DNA of 64,000 nucleotides from an uncultured bacterium (GCA_963759865.1 CAVXAV010000002.1:184384-248383), one strand, 5' to 3'. Positions 9,770 through 19,299 are shown, numbered from the stretch's first letter. A program made the numbers and translations. Notes: generated by a model from the letters alone, not told the origin.

Positions 9770-10738
9770 ATGATACAAAGATATCTTCGCATCGGCATTC
9801 TTTTAAGTTCTTTCCCCCTTTTGGCAACAAATGTTAATGATTCGCGCAATCATGATACACTTTTTGATCTGGGACAAACTTCAACCGATTCGGAAATAAA
9901 ATTCCCCGAGGTACAATCAGTTGTCTTGGTAAAAATCGACGAGAAAACAACCTATAAGCAATATCCGGTAACTCAAATTAAAAGACCGGCTGAATCGGGC
10001 TACCTAGCAGTTAATAATACATTGGCGATTGCACAAATTGAAGAAAAAACCGGCCTGTCGCAAGCGGTAACCATTGATCAACTCACCGATCAAGGAATCG
10101 CTGACATACTTTTTAGGCAGCCTGATTCTCCCCAGCGGCTTACTGTCATAGAGTCTCGTAAGCGGGAACTTGCAACGGATTACGTAAAAGATACCCTGTT
10201 TTTAAGCTTAAAAGGAGCAACAAAAGCGGATAAGAATAACCTCTTTAATCTACTTACTGCTATTGCTGAGCTTAATTTGGATACATCATCAGTGGTAACG
10301 AGCGAAAACACAGAAGAAACGCTCAAGGTAGTTACTGCGCTTATACCGTCTGCAGTTGAAAGCCTGAATTTTGAAACAGTAAAAACAGCCGATGATGAAG
10401 TGAGGTATCGAGTAACTGCCGATGCTTTGATTGAAGCAATCATCCATCAGGTAGCACTGCTGGCAAAAAATACGAAACATGGTCTCTTTGATCAGTTACA
10501 ACAAAAAGAGATAATTGAACAATCGTTTAGCTCCCTTACTACCTTGGAATTTACCATCAAAAGCGAAATGAACAAAAATTCACTTGACGCAATAAATCCG
10601 CTTACTGGTTCTCCAGAACAGTATACGCGGACATATACCACCCAAAATGACACAAGTAAAGCCGCTGATGCAACTGCCTCTAACGATATACTTGATGGCG
10701 ATTGGCTGAAAAAGAAAAGATATTACTACCTTACTTGA
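9770..10738 (+). CDS. Hypothetical secreted protein
   Basis: ORF 9704..10738. The internal ATG 9770 gives MIQRYLRIGILLSSFPLLA (signal peptide) after a GAGGA RBS. I recognise no domain. Confidence 0.55.
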   Translation: MIQRYLRIGILLSSFPLLATNVNDSRNHDTLFDLGQTSTDSEIKFPEVQSVVLVKIDEKTTYKQYPVTQIKRPAESGYLAVNNTLAIAQIEEKTGLSQAVTIDQLTDQGIADILFRQPDSPQRLTVIESRKRELATDYVKDTLFLSLKGATKADKNNLFNLLTAIAELNLDTSSVVTSENTEETLKVVTALIPSAVESLNFETVKTADDEVRYRVTADALIEAIIHQVALLAKNTKHGLFDQLQQKEIIEQSFSSLTTLEFTIKSEMNKNSLDAINPLTGSPEQYTRTYTTQNDTSKAADATASNDILDGDWLKKKRYYYLT

Positions 10739-10805
10739 GAAAGAGATAGCAAATCCTCATACATTTTTTAACTCTCGCAAGCTTGCAAACACAAGGACTG
10801 TTTGT

Positions 10806-12335
10806 TTGGAACTCTCGAAAGAAGAAAATCTTTTTTATGACTTGCAATTGAATGCGGGGATGAAAACAATTACGCAAGAACTTGCAGGTGCATCAACCAT
10901 ATTTGTGCCTATTAATCGCGATGATCACTGGTTTACCTGCGTTATCACAAAAAGAGATAATGAATTCAGTCTTACCGTGGCGGATTCGCTTAATAAAAAT
11001 CGCATTACTGATCCTGCTATTACAAAAATCACTGAAACACTCGCATTCGAATTTAATAAAAAAGAAACTCCTCCTTCAAAACCAAAAAAGAAAGATCCTG
11101 CCGTAAAGAAAGATCATGCAGTAAGCGAAGAAACACCGACGCATACAAATGAAGAAAAAAAAGAAAAGCCTAATTATGATGCACCGCTTGCTCATTTTTC
11201 TCTAGAAGAATTACCAAAGCTGGAACAGTTTTTTGGGGGTCAAACACCCAATGATGTCATGGTACGTCTCAAGCTCCTTATTGATACGCCAGATAACCCG
11301 GCTAAGGTTGCAAAGACATCAATAAAAAACTGCTTACTCCTCTACGGCCCTCCAGGAACTGGCAAAAGTACTCTTGCACAGCTCATTGGTCGCATGGCTG
11401 GCTGGCGTATAGTTTTTGCTAACTGTGGCCGGTTTAGAACTGCCTACCAAGGTTCTTCCTATGCATTATTGAGGGAATTTTTCGATGAAGCACTCAAAAC
11501 ACCAAAATGCCTCATTATTTTGGATGAAATTGACTGTCTTGGATCAAAACTTGAGCCTCATAATAGCACTCAAGAGGATAACCGTGCTGTGAAAGTTCTT
11601 ATTGATTTGCTTGATTCAATACGCCATAACCCTGGTGTGTATGTAGTCGCCACAACAAACCATCCTGAAAAAATGGATGGTGCGATAGCCCGACGTTTTT
11701 ACTCACGAGAAGTTGCTCTTCCAAACCACGCTACGCGAACTCAGATACTCACGCATTATATGAGAGAGAATGATTTAAGAATCGAAGAGGGGGATGAACA
11801 TGCGGTATCTCCTCAATTCTTTAACGCCTTAGTAAATGCCACGTACGGCTTTAGCGGCGATGCTCTTGAAGACCTGATTGCTACAGCAAATCTCTATGTA
11901 AAAGCAAAATTACCACCCGAAGAAAATGTGGATATGAGCTTCTGGTTTAGTAGTTTTGAAAAAGATAAGCCCTGGTCTGATACGATATGGGGGCTTGCAG
12001 AGAATCCGTATGTTCCGGTGGTACACTTGCTAGGCGGCTATCAAGTAAGTACCATTGATAAGCATTTGTATTCACAGTATAAGCGCGTTTTGAAAGTGCG
12101 ACATGACATAGAAAATCGTGATTTTGAGAATGATACAAATATGAAGTGGATGAAACTTAAATGGCGCCATAAATTAAAGAGTGCGCTCGTAACAGCCCTC
12201 TCCTCATTTGGTCATGGCGTCATGACAAGTATTGCTGGAAAAGCAGTTGATAAAACGATTGAGGTAAGCAAACCTCCAGTGGGTGAGGCATATAAGTATG
12301 TCAAAAACTGGCTATCGTCGGCCGCCGCTGCCTAA
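10806..12335 (+). CDS. Classical AAA ATPase with divergent N-terminal domain (weak Ulp1/C48-like His-Asp remnant)
   Basis: Motifs present: Walker A (LLYGPPGTGKSTLA), Walker B (CLIILDEIDCLG), aromatic pore loop (AYQGSS) and second region of homology (VVATTNHPEKMDGAIARRF). The N-terminus has IFVPINRDDHWFTCVI...LTVADSLN. TTG start at 10806 sits 8 nt after AGGA, so the start is uncertain. Confidence 0.75.
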   Translation: MELSKEENLFYDLQLNAGMKTITQELAGASTIFVPINRDDHWFTCVITKRDNEFSLTVADSLNKNRITDPAITKITETLAFEFNKKETPPSKPKKKDPAVKKDHAVSEETPTHTNEEKKEKPNYDAPLAHFSLEELPKLEQFFGGQTPNDVMVRLKLLIDTPDNPAKVAKTSIKNCLLLYGPPGTGKSTLAQLIGRMAGWRIVFANCGRFRTAYQGSSYALLREFFDEALKTPKCLIILDEIDCLGSKLEPHNSTQEDNRAVKVLIDLLDSIRHNPGVYVVATTNHPEKMDGAIARRFYSREVALPNHATRTQILTHYMRENDLRIEEGDEHAVSPQFFNALVNATYGFSGDALEDLIATANLYVKAKLPPEENVDMSFWFSSFEKDKPWSDTIWGLAENPYVPVVHLLGGYQVSTIDKHLYSQYKRVLKVRHDIENRDFENDTNMKWMKLKWRHKLKSALVTALSSFGHGVMTSIAGKAVDKTIEVSKPPVGEAYKYVKNWLSSAAAA

Positions 12336-12352
12336 GCAAATAAAACACTACA

Positions 12353-12380
12353 AGCCGCCCTTTCTGGGCGGCTTTTTTTT
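12353..12380. terminator. Bidirectional rho-independent terminator between convergent genes
   Basis: AGCCGCCC-TTTCT-GGGCGGCT followed by T8. It lies between the AAA gene stop (12335) and the ATPase gene stop (12384). Confidence 0.75.
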
Positions 12381-12383
12381 GTA

Positions 12384-13553
12384 TCAAAGCACACGAACTA
12401 CTTCAGCTAAGCTTGTTACACCGGTGCGTATTTTCACCTGGGCATCAAGCGCAAGAGTTTGCATGCCCTCACGTAATGCTTGCCTTAAAAGCAAGGAATA
12501 GTTGGGCTGTCTGGTAACAAGAGCTCTGAGAGCATCGGACATGCTCAGCAACTGAAAAATTCCTATGCGGCCCACATAACCCGTATGTAGACATTCTTGG
12601 CAGCCAGCACTTTTATACAAAGCTTCTACCTGCAGTCCCAATTGCTGCAAAGTATTCTGCTCCTGATCGTGAGGCAGAGTTTGAAAGCGACACGACGTAC
12701 AGAGTTTTCGGACTAACCTTTGGGCAAGAACCGCAGTAAGCGCAGCATTAATAAGAAATGGCTCAACAGTCATATCAACCAGCCTAATAAGAGCACTTGG
12801 CGCATCATTAGTGTGCAAACAACTCACGACAAAATGGCCCGTAAGTGCTGCCTGAAGAGCCACCTGAGCCGTTTCTCTATCTCGTATTTCGCCAACCATA
12901 ATAACGTCAGGGTCAGCTCGTAAGAGCGATCGTATGCCTTTTTCAAACGTAAAACCTATCTCCGGACAAATCTGAGTTTGATTTATGCCGTTAAGCGTAT
13001 ATTCAATAGGATCTTCAAGGGTAACAATGTTTTTTTCAAGCCCATTTGCACAAGAAAGGAGAGCATGCAAGGTCGTTGTTTTTCCACAACCTGTAGGTCC
13101 TGTTACTAAGAAAAAACCTCGAGCAGCGTCCGCTATCTTTTTTATCTCTTCATACATCACCTGCTCAAACCCAAGGTGTTCTAAACTCCATGCAGTAGCT
13201 GTTCTTTCTAAGATACGTAAAACTGCCTTTTGTGAGTATAAGCAGGGGAAAAAAGCTACGCGCACATCAAAGTGAGACCCAAAAAAAGTAACGACCAGCT
13301 TTCCATCTTGCGGATTTCTCTGTTCAGCTACATTTAATGACGCTAATACTTTAATGCGCGACAATACCTGCAGTCCAAGTTCTTTTTCCAAAGGACTTTG
13401 CATGACCAGCAGCCCATCAATACGAAAACGCACCTGAAAATTTTCAGGTGCTGGTTCTATATGAATATCTGATGCACGTATATGGATTGCTTGTTGTAAG
13501 AGTTGGTCCAGCATCATTACTGCGGGAGCGTGACTGTGCCCATCCTCCCTCAT
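12384..13553 (-). CDS. GspE/PilB-family secretion or pilus-assembly ATPase (short form)
   Basis: Walker A (TGPTGCGKTTT), Asp box, Walker B (VIMVGEIRD), His box and the tetracysteine motif (CTSC...GCQEC) typical of GspE/PilB. Start set at ATG 13553, which forms an ATGA overlap with the upstream gene's stop. Confidence 0.8.
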   Translation of the reverse strand: MREDGHSHAPAVMMLDQLLQQAIHIRASDIHIEPAPENFQVRFRIDGLLVMQSPLEKELGLQVLSRIKVLASLNVAEQRNPQDGKLVVTFFGSHFDVRVAFFPCLYSQKAVLRILERTATAWSLEHLGFEQVMYEEIKKIADAARGFFLVTGPTGCGKTTTLHALLSCANGLEKNIVTLEDPIEYTLNGINQTQICPEIGFTFEKGIRSLLRADPDVIMVGEIRDRETAQVALQAALTGHFVVSCLHTNDAPSALIRLVDMTVEPFLINAALTAVLAQRLVRKLCTSCRFQTLPHDQEQNTLQQLGLQVEALYKSAGCQECLHTGYVGRIGIFQLLSMSDALRALVTRQPNYSLLLRQALREGMQTLALDAQVKIRTGVTSLAEVVRVL

Positions 13554-13915
13554 GCAAATTTCCACGCAAGGATAAAGCCGAATAATCCGGCAAGACACTC
13601 AATGATGTGTGTTTGCACCCAGCCAACCATAGTATTGAAAACATCCGATAAACTCATGTCTGCGGTTAATCCAAAAAGGCTTTTTAACACTCCATAATCA
13701 ATTGAGATAACATGCATCATTTCAAGTGCCCACAAGGCGAGCGCCGCGCCCAAAATAAGCCAAAAAAACAAACGTCCCCCATGCTTTATTAAAAAACCAA
13801 TGACAAAACCTGCTATAAGAAATCCAGCCAGCTCTACATACCAATTTGCTGGTTTGTTGAATGATTCTAAACTTTTTTGCAAATTTCCTAAGAATCCTGT
13901 TTGTTCTGCAACCAT
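13550..13915 (-). CDS. Hypothetical small membrane protein (about 3 TM), translationally coupled to the GspE/PilB-like ATPase
   Basis: 121-aa ORF with hydrophobic segments (LAGFLIAGFVIGFLI, LFFWLILGAALALWAL, LAGLFGFILAW). ATGA overlap at 13550-13553. Confidence 0.55.
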   Translation of the reverse strand: MVAEQTGFLGNLQKSLESFNKPANWYVELAGFLIAGFVIGFLIKHGGRLFFWLILGAALALWALEMMHVISIDYGVLKSLFGLTADMSLSDVFNTMVGWVQTHIIECLAGLFGFILAWKFA

Positions 13916-13936
13916 TGATGTTCTCCTTATAACAAA

Positions 13937-13963
13937 GAAGACGCTTAGTAATTAAGCGCCTTC
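13937..13963 (-). terminator. Terminator downstream of the HU gene
   Basis: Minus strand reads GAAGGCGCTTA-ATTAC-TAAGCGTCTTC followed by a T-rich tract. Confidence 0.5.
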
Positions 13964-13987
13964 TTTTGTTTTTGTTCGATTCCGTTA

Positions 13988-14263
13988 TTAAGAAGCCACG
14001 AGATCACGTAGAGCTTTTCCTGGCTTAAATTTAGCCACCTTCTTAGCTGGAATTTGCATTTTTTTGCCTGTCGCAGGATTAATACCCACACGGCTTTTTC
14101 TTTTCATTATTGAATAGGTACCAAAACCCGTAAGAACAACTGATTTGCCTGCTTTAAGGGTAGAACCTATTGTTTTAATAAATGATTCAAGAACCTTTTT
14201 GCAAGTAGCTTTAGGGAGCTTAGACGTTTTTGACATTTGTTCTATCAATTTTGCCTTATTCAT
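13988..14263 (-). CDS. hup: HU-family DNA-binding protein
   Basis: MNKAKLIEQMSK...GFGTYSIMKRKSRVGINPATGKKMQIPAKKVAKFKPGKAL matches the HU/IHF fold signature. ATG 14263 has better spacing to the AAAGGA RBS than 14269. Confidence 0.9.
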   Translation of the reverse strand: MNKAKLIEQMSKTSKLPKATCKKVLESFIKTIGSTLKAGKSVVLTGFGTYSIMKRKSRVGINPATGKKMQIPAKKVAKFKPGKALRDLVAS

Positions 14264-14357
14264 AATCATCCTTTAATTAAAAATACATTGCTACAATTTC
14301 ATACCCCCAGCAAACACTACTGGCGGGCTTGCAGCGTTGTGACCTCTTACTTACCCT

Positions 14358-14443
14358 TGGTGCCGAGGGCCGGACTCGAACCGGCACGAGCATAACCCGA
14401 AGGATTTTAAGTCCTTTGCGTCTACCAATTCCGCCACCTCGGC
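14358..14443 (-). tRNA. tRNA-Leu (anticodon TAA), long variable arm, CCA encoded
   Basis: Minus strand reads GCCGAGGTGGCGGAATTGGTAGACGC...GGACTTAAAATCC (anticodon TAA)...long variable arm...GGTTCGAGTCC...CCTCGGCACCA. Confidence 0.9.
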
Positions 14444-14455
14444 CTTTCTTTATTT

Positions 14456-14529
14456 TGGAGGCGGCACCCGGATTCGAACCGGGGATGAGGGTTTTGCAGA
14501 CCCCTGCCTTGCCACTTGGCTATGCCGCC
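14456..14529 (-). tRNA. tRNA-Cys (anticodon GCA), CCA encoded
   Basis: Minus strand reads GGCGGCATAGCCAAGTGGCAAGGC...CTGCAAA loop (anticodon GCA)...GGTTCGAATCC...TGCCGCCTCCA. Confidence 0.9.
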
Positions 14530-14538
14530 ATCATTTCT

Positions 14539-15093
14539 TTATGCTTTTTCAGCAGAAGGAGCTTTTGATTCTTCAATAAGCTTACTTAGTTCTGCGGCGC
14601 TTATTGAACGAATACCTTCCTCTTCTTTAGGCGCAACTTTTACAATCTCTTTTTCCAAGAATGCTTGTTTTGCCTCGCCTTCAAGAGGATATGCTGCTTT
14701 ATTTTCTTTACTCAATTTATACCATTCTTGAATTCCACCAGAGTATACAGCTACATTTTCAAACCCAAGCTTTTTGAGTTTATCGGCGACGAGGTGACTT
14801 GCACCACATTCATATGATGAACAATATACTACCACGGGCGTGCTTTTGTTAAATCCTTTTGAAAGCTCTTCCACGCCATCAATCGTTGTGTGAACAGCAT
14901 CTGGTATATGCGCATCATTGAAGATTTCTGACGAATTCACATCAAGAAGATGAAATTTAGGCTCACCAACTTCCTGTTTTACTTGCGAAACAGCTTGTTC
15001 TGTCTTTTTCTTGAACCAATCACACGCAGGCATGACGAGTACCATGAGCAACAACAAACTAAATGCGCCATATATAGTATTTTTTTTACTCAT
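14539..15093 (-). CDS. Rhodanese-domain sulfurtransferase, exported
   Basis: Rhodanese active-site loop VVVYCSSYECGAS followed by LGFENVAVYSGGIQEW. The N-terminus is a signal/lipoprotein-like sequence (LLLLMVLVMPAC). Confidence 0.75.
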   Translation of the reverse strand: MSKKNTIYGAFSLLLLMVLVMPACDWFKKKTEQAVSQVKQEVGEPKFHLLDVNSSEIFNDAHIPDAVHTTIDGVEELSKGFNKSTPVVVYCSSYECGASHLVADKLKKLGFENVAVYSGGIQEWYKLSKENKAAYPLEGEAKQAFLEKEIVKVAPKEEEGIRSISAAELSKLIEESKAPSAEKA

Positions 15094-15183
15094 TTCTTTC
15101 CTGTTAAAAAATTTGTGGATAATACAAATGTATCATAAATTCGTTTCTTCGCAACTATCGCTATCCTTACGCCAATGCACCTC

Positions 15184-16065
15184 CTATGTAACCGGCTGGC
15201 AGCAACGCGACCAGCGAATTTTTTTCCAAAAATTTATTGGATGCTTAAATAAGTCTATAAACCACCAAGATTCAGTGCTATCCATCGACCAAATCCTAAA
15301 AATGATCCTGCCATGAATAAGCTTACTATCTAAGACGCCCCATTCTCGTGAATCAGAACTTCCTAATCGATTATCACCCATTACCCAGTACTGAGTCTTA
15401 CCAAGAGTTATTTCAAAAATATCCTTGCCACCACTGTGTGGAGTTCCTGGATACAGTATCGACTGAGGCTCCATTGTTTGCGGATTAATCATAATAAGAT
15501 GAGGGTCTATCGCATAAAAACGCTGTTCTTCCCAAGCAACCTGTGGATCAAATGATCGGTAATCCCAATCCCGTTCTTGGGTAAAACGATTAGATTCATA
15601 AGGAGAGTGTCGCCATAATAAAATCAAAGGATACTTATTTATATAGCGACTTTCATCAAGTTTCTTCCCATTAAGGTAGATGACCGGCCGTCCTTCTTCT
15701 ATGACACCTTTTATCGTATCTCCCGGTATACCAATAACCCGTTTGGTCCAATTAGAAACATTAAATGAAGCATAGCGCTGCCACAGATTTATAAGGGGAT
15801 TTGCTGAATAAGAGTACCGAGGATCATTAAAAGCAATAATCTCGCCTCGTTTGGGTTCCCTAAACCAATAAGAAAGCTTATCTGCAAAAAAACGCTCTCC
15901 CACGAGTAACGTTGTTTCCATGGATCCCGTTGGTACCTGGTAGAGACCAAAACCAACAGTCCTTATAAGGAAAGCAATCGGCAAAATGACAAAAATTAAT
16001 TCGAAGGGGATCCGTATTGCGGGCACATCGTACCATTTGCCTAAAATACGTTTTGATAGTTGCAT
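15184..16065 (-). CDS. lepB: Signal peptidase I
   Basis: Catalytic Ser box (VPTGSMETTL), Lys box (RVIGIPGD) and the GDNRLGSSDSREWG box are all present. Confidence 0.9.
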   Translation of the reverse strand: MQLSKRILGKWYDVPAIRIPFELIFVILPIAFLIRTVGFGLYQVPTGSMETTLLVGERFFADKLSYWFREPKRGEIIAFNDPRYSYSANPLINLWQRYASFNVSNWTKRVIGIPGDTIKGVIEEGRPVIYLNGKKLDESRYINKYPLILLWRHSPYESNRFTQERDWDYRSFDPQVAWEEQRFYAIDPHLIMINPQTMEPQSILYPGTPHSGGKDIFEITLGKTQYWVMGDNRLGSSDSREWGVLDSKLIHGRIIFRIWSMDSTESWWFIDLFKHPINFWKKIRWSRCCQPVT

Positions 16066-16232
16066 TCTTTACCTTTCTTCATGCCGCATGCCTGTGCTTT
16101 TTCAACTAAGACATCGCTCTATTCTTTATAATATATAGTAGCAGCTTTGTAAATACTGTACTACTCAGAATACATACTTATTTGTTTTAATAGCAGAGTA
16201 ACCAGAAAATGAATATACAGCGTTATACGAAT

Positions 16233-17258
16233 CTATGCAAGAAAAAAAAATGGATTGACTGGCTTACCTTTCATATATACCTCAAAATGAAGATGAGAGG
16301 CGGAGCCTCCTCGTCTGCTTTTCCGTACAAACCCGGTAGCTCCCACTCGACCAATACAATCGCCAGAAGAGACACTCTGGCCTTCATAGACAAGTATTTT
16401 ATCAAGATGCGCATATCTAGTCTTGAATTTCCGATTATGCGCTATCAAAATATAATTACCATAGCCTGCAGAATAACAAGCCTCAAGAATTATACCTGCA
16501 CTCGCTGCGTATACCGGAGTTCCACGCACAGCAGCTAAATCTACGCCAGCATGAAAACCTTGTCTGCCACCGAGCCTACGAGGACCAAATAATGAGCTCA
16601 CCCAAAAGTCCTCTGCTTTAAGAGGCCAGGCAAACAAGGCTTCACGTTGCAATCTTTTCCAAGATACATCCGCCGTGGCAGGCCTTATACGGGTGATTTG
16701 TACAGTAGCATTTTTTAGAGCTTTTCTTTTAAGAGGAGAGCTTTTTGCTTGGTCATACCCACGCTTAGATCGGTGCAACTTTCTAGCTGTTCGTCGTTTT
16801 GATAGAGTTTTAGAGGGAGTCGCTTGAGCCGCTGATGGTTTGGAAGTCGTTTCGATTTTTGCATTTTTGCTTACCGAACTTGTAGAAGCTGTTGTACGGG
16901 ACCTTTTATGAACACCGGACATACGCCTGCGGCGTCTTGCATGAAGACGTTTGGATTTTTTTTTCTTTGGTGCTTGAACTGTTTTACGTACATCTGATTG
17001 AAGCAGAGGTACCTGCTGAGTGGGACACGGCTTTGCTGGAGCATAAGCAAGAGTAAGCAATGTATTTTTTTCTTGTAACCGGGCCTTCTCACGCTCAATG
17101 GTTGTATAATCGAGAACAACTTTTTTCACTGGGGCCGAGGTTGCTACAGGTTTAGAGGCTGCAGACGCTTTTAGAAAGTGATACTCTGCAATAACAAAGC
17201 CGCTTAACAAAAGCACAAATGCCGTCCATACGGAAATGCTGGCCCTTTGTAATGTCAT
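16233..17258 (-). CDS. M23 family metallopeptidase with basic low-complexity linker
   Basis: C-terminal LytM motifs are present (GFHAGVDLAAVRGTPVYAASAG and ASHLHFEV). The start forms an ATGA overlap (17255-17258) with the upstream SH3 gene. Confidence 0.85.
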   Translation of the reverse strand: MTLQRASISVWTAFVLLLSGFVIAEYHFLKASAASKPVATSAPVKKVVLDYTTIEREKARLQEKNTLLTLAYAPAKPCPTQQVPLLQSDVRKTVQAPKKKKSKRLHARRRRRMSGVHKRSRTTASTSSVSKNAKIETTSKPSAAQATPSKTLSKRRTARKLHRSKRGYDQAKSSPLKRKALKNATVQITRIRPATADVSWKRLQREALFAWPLKAEDFWVSSLFGPRRLGGRQGFHAGVDLAAVRGTPVYAASAGIILEACYSAGYGNYILIAHNRKFKTRYAHLDKILVYEGQSVSSGDCIGRVGATGFVRKSRRGGSASHLHFEVYMKGKPVNPFFFLA

Positions 17259-17626
17259 GTATTCCCTTCATCCGCCAGATCCTGTGCCTGCACCCACCCC
17301 CTACCCTGAGAAGATGATACATAATACCACCCATCTTTCTTTTGCTCAACAACCACATGCTCACCACGACTAAGAATTCCCCTTTTGGGAAAATTTGTTT
17401 CAGGGCCGACAAAAAGGACAGCAGAATCGTGTATAATGACTGCCCTAGGCCAGTAGTGACGATATGCTCGCACACCCCAGGCACCTGCCGCTAAACAAAA
17501 AAGAAGAAATAACACACCTTGCATGGGGCCTACACTTTTTTTCTTTTTTATAAGCACACTCCAAAGCAGCCACCAAGAAATAAGCACACTTACTTGGAAA
17601 AGTATAAAAGGAATAGAGCGAATCAT
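17255..17626 (-). CDS. batE: BatE-like membrane protein with SH3b domain
   Basis: Two N-terminal TM segments are followed by an SH3b-like region (GEHVVVEQKKDGWYYVSSSQGRGWVQAQDL). It occupies the last position of the bat cluster. ATGA overlap with batD at 17623-17626. Confidence 0.55.
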   Translation of the reverse strand: MIRSIPFILFQVSVLISWWLLWSVLIKKKKSVGPMQGVLFLLFCLAAGAWGVRAYRHYWPRAVIIHDSAVLFVGPETNFPKRGILSRGEHVVVEQKKDGWYYVSSSQGRGWVQAQDLADEGNT

Positions 17627-19299
17627 GTCATTGTTCCTTTCTTTATACGATTTAACCAGGACTGTGCCTGACTACACATTTTTTCTCTACGATCCTGCGT
17701 TATTTCCTGAGCTGGAGCAAAATGGCTGTAGTTTAAAAGCTCATGGAGAAAAGCATTCCATTGAGCAACGGTTTTTGTAGACCATCCATGCTCTTCTAGG
17801 AGTGCTTCACTATAACCATCGCTTTCACCGTAGTACTCACAACACGCAGTGAGCATAATGTCTGCAAGCCGAGAAACGTCGCCTGTTTTGCACACTTTTC
17901 TAATCTGCGAAGAGGCCCGTGATAAGGCTCTTAATGAGCGCCAACGCTTGGCGAGCGCTCCTCGTAAGGGCTGCATCTGTGGTAGCAGCCACTGAGCAAC
18001 CACAAAAAGGGGTGGTAGAAGGAAAAGCAAAATAAAAAGCGCCCAAGGTATCTCATAAGGCCGTGATGGCATGGTTTCTTGTTGAAGCGGAGCAGCCGTT
18101 GCTCCTTCACTTGTATGCATTTCTGGCTGCAAAACAGGCACCTGTACTCCCGGCAAAATCGTAAGGCTGAGCGGTTTTGTTTTCAGTTTTTTCACCGTAC
18201 GGGACTTTGTATCGTAGTAGGTAAAGACTTGTCCTTCAATGGTATAGGTACCTTCCTTTAACCCTTGAATAACATAGTCCCACTTTTTGACACTCAGTTT
18301 CCCTCGTGCTTCACTACTCGCTTTTGATTCATAGCTTCGTAGATCTTCAGGCAGATCAAGCTTGGGTGCAGCAATTTTTTCAAAATCTGCATCCCCTTCT
18401 AAAGAGAGGGTAAGCATAACAGCTTCTCCCAGGGGAATACGCGTGTTACTCAGCTGTGCCGTAAATTGAGTAAACGTCCCAACCGATTGTAATGCAGGAA
18501 CATGGGGTAACTCATCAATTCTTAAAGAGACCGGCTGAGAAAAGACAGACTTTTTTTGTGCCAAGCCGCCGAATCCAAAAAAGCCCCAGGATTGATTCCT
18601 AGTCTTTTCTGTATAATCGGCCCGCAAACGAGATAGAGCTACCACCCCAGAACGCTCTGGATACAAAAATCCTTTAAATTCGATCGTTTGAAAAAGTTCA
18701 TTGTTCACGATCTTACTTTCTGCGTGCCCCCCATCTAAAGGGCCTACTCGTAAACCCTGAACCTGTGGGCTTTCTACATGAGTAAGCGTGATATCCGGAT
18801 CTTGATACGTAAAGCGAAGAGTGTAAGGAATTTTCTCTCCTACAACCGCGTGGTCTTTATCAAGGATACACTGGTACACGGGAGTAGGATACTCTTCCTT
18901 GCGATTTAATCGAGCATTAAGAACGCTCACCTGGGCGGTTTTGGATTCCAATTTTTCAAGACGGGCTGGCCCAATAGTATATTCTCCGGCTGTGTCAGCG
19001 ATTACCGTGTAAAGGAAACGTATTTCTTGTAACCCTTTTGCCCCCTGCATTACCATATTCACATCAGAACGTTGGCCAACTATCTTAAACTTATCAAGAC
19101 CGCCTACTAAAGGTCGAGATCGAATCTCGTCCTCCCCTTTTACGGTAACAAGGATGGAAAAAGGTATACCCAAGCCAATACTTCCAAGGGCTATCCCCTG
19201 TTTATTTTCCACACTTAGCTCAAGAGAAGCCGGTGCCGCCTCCAAATAAAATACGCACAAAAGGAGGCAGGAGAGGCTTCTACCAATTTTTTTGACCAT
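17623..19299 (-). CDS. batD: BatD-like oxygen-tolerance protein
   Basis: About 558 aa with a signal peptide, a large beta-rich ectodomain and a C-terminal TM region (PWALFILLFLLPPLFVV). It follows the VWA and TPR genes as in bat operons. ATG 19299 is preceded by a GGTGGAG RBS; GTG 19320 is an alternative start. Confidence 0.65.
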   Translation of the reverse strand: MVKKIGRSLSCLLLCVFYLEAAPASLELSVENKQGIALGSIGLGIPFSILVTVKGEDEIRSRPLVGGLDKFKIVGQRSDVNMVMQGAKGLQEIRFLYTVIADTAGEYTIGPARLEKLESKTAQVSVLNARLNRKEEYPTPVYQCILDKDHAVVGEKIPYTLRFTYQDPDITLTHVESPQVQGLRVGPLDGGHAESKIVNNELFQTIEFKGFLYPERSGVVALSRLRADYTEKTRNQSWGFFGFGGLAQKKSVFSQPVSLRIDELPHVPALQSVGTFTQFTAQLSNTRIPLGEAVMLTLSLEGDADFEKIAAPKLDLPEDLRSYESKASSEARGKLSVKKWDYVIQGLKEGTYTIEGQVFTYYDTKSRTVKKLKTKPLSLTILPGVQVPVLQPEMHTSEGATAAPLQQETMPSRPYEIPWALFILLFLLPPLFVVAQWLLPQMQPLRGALAKRWRSLRALSRASSQIRKVCKTGDVSRLADIMLTACCEYYGESDGYSEALLEEHGWSTKTVAQWNAFLHELLNYSHFAPAQEITQDRREKMCSQAQSWLNRIKKGTMT

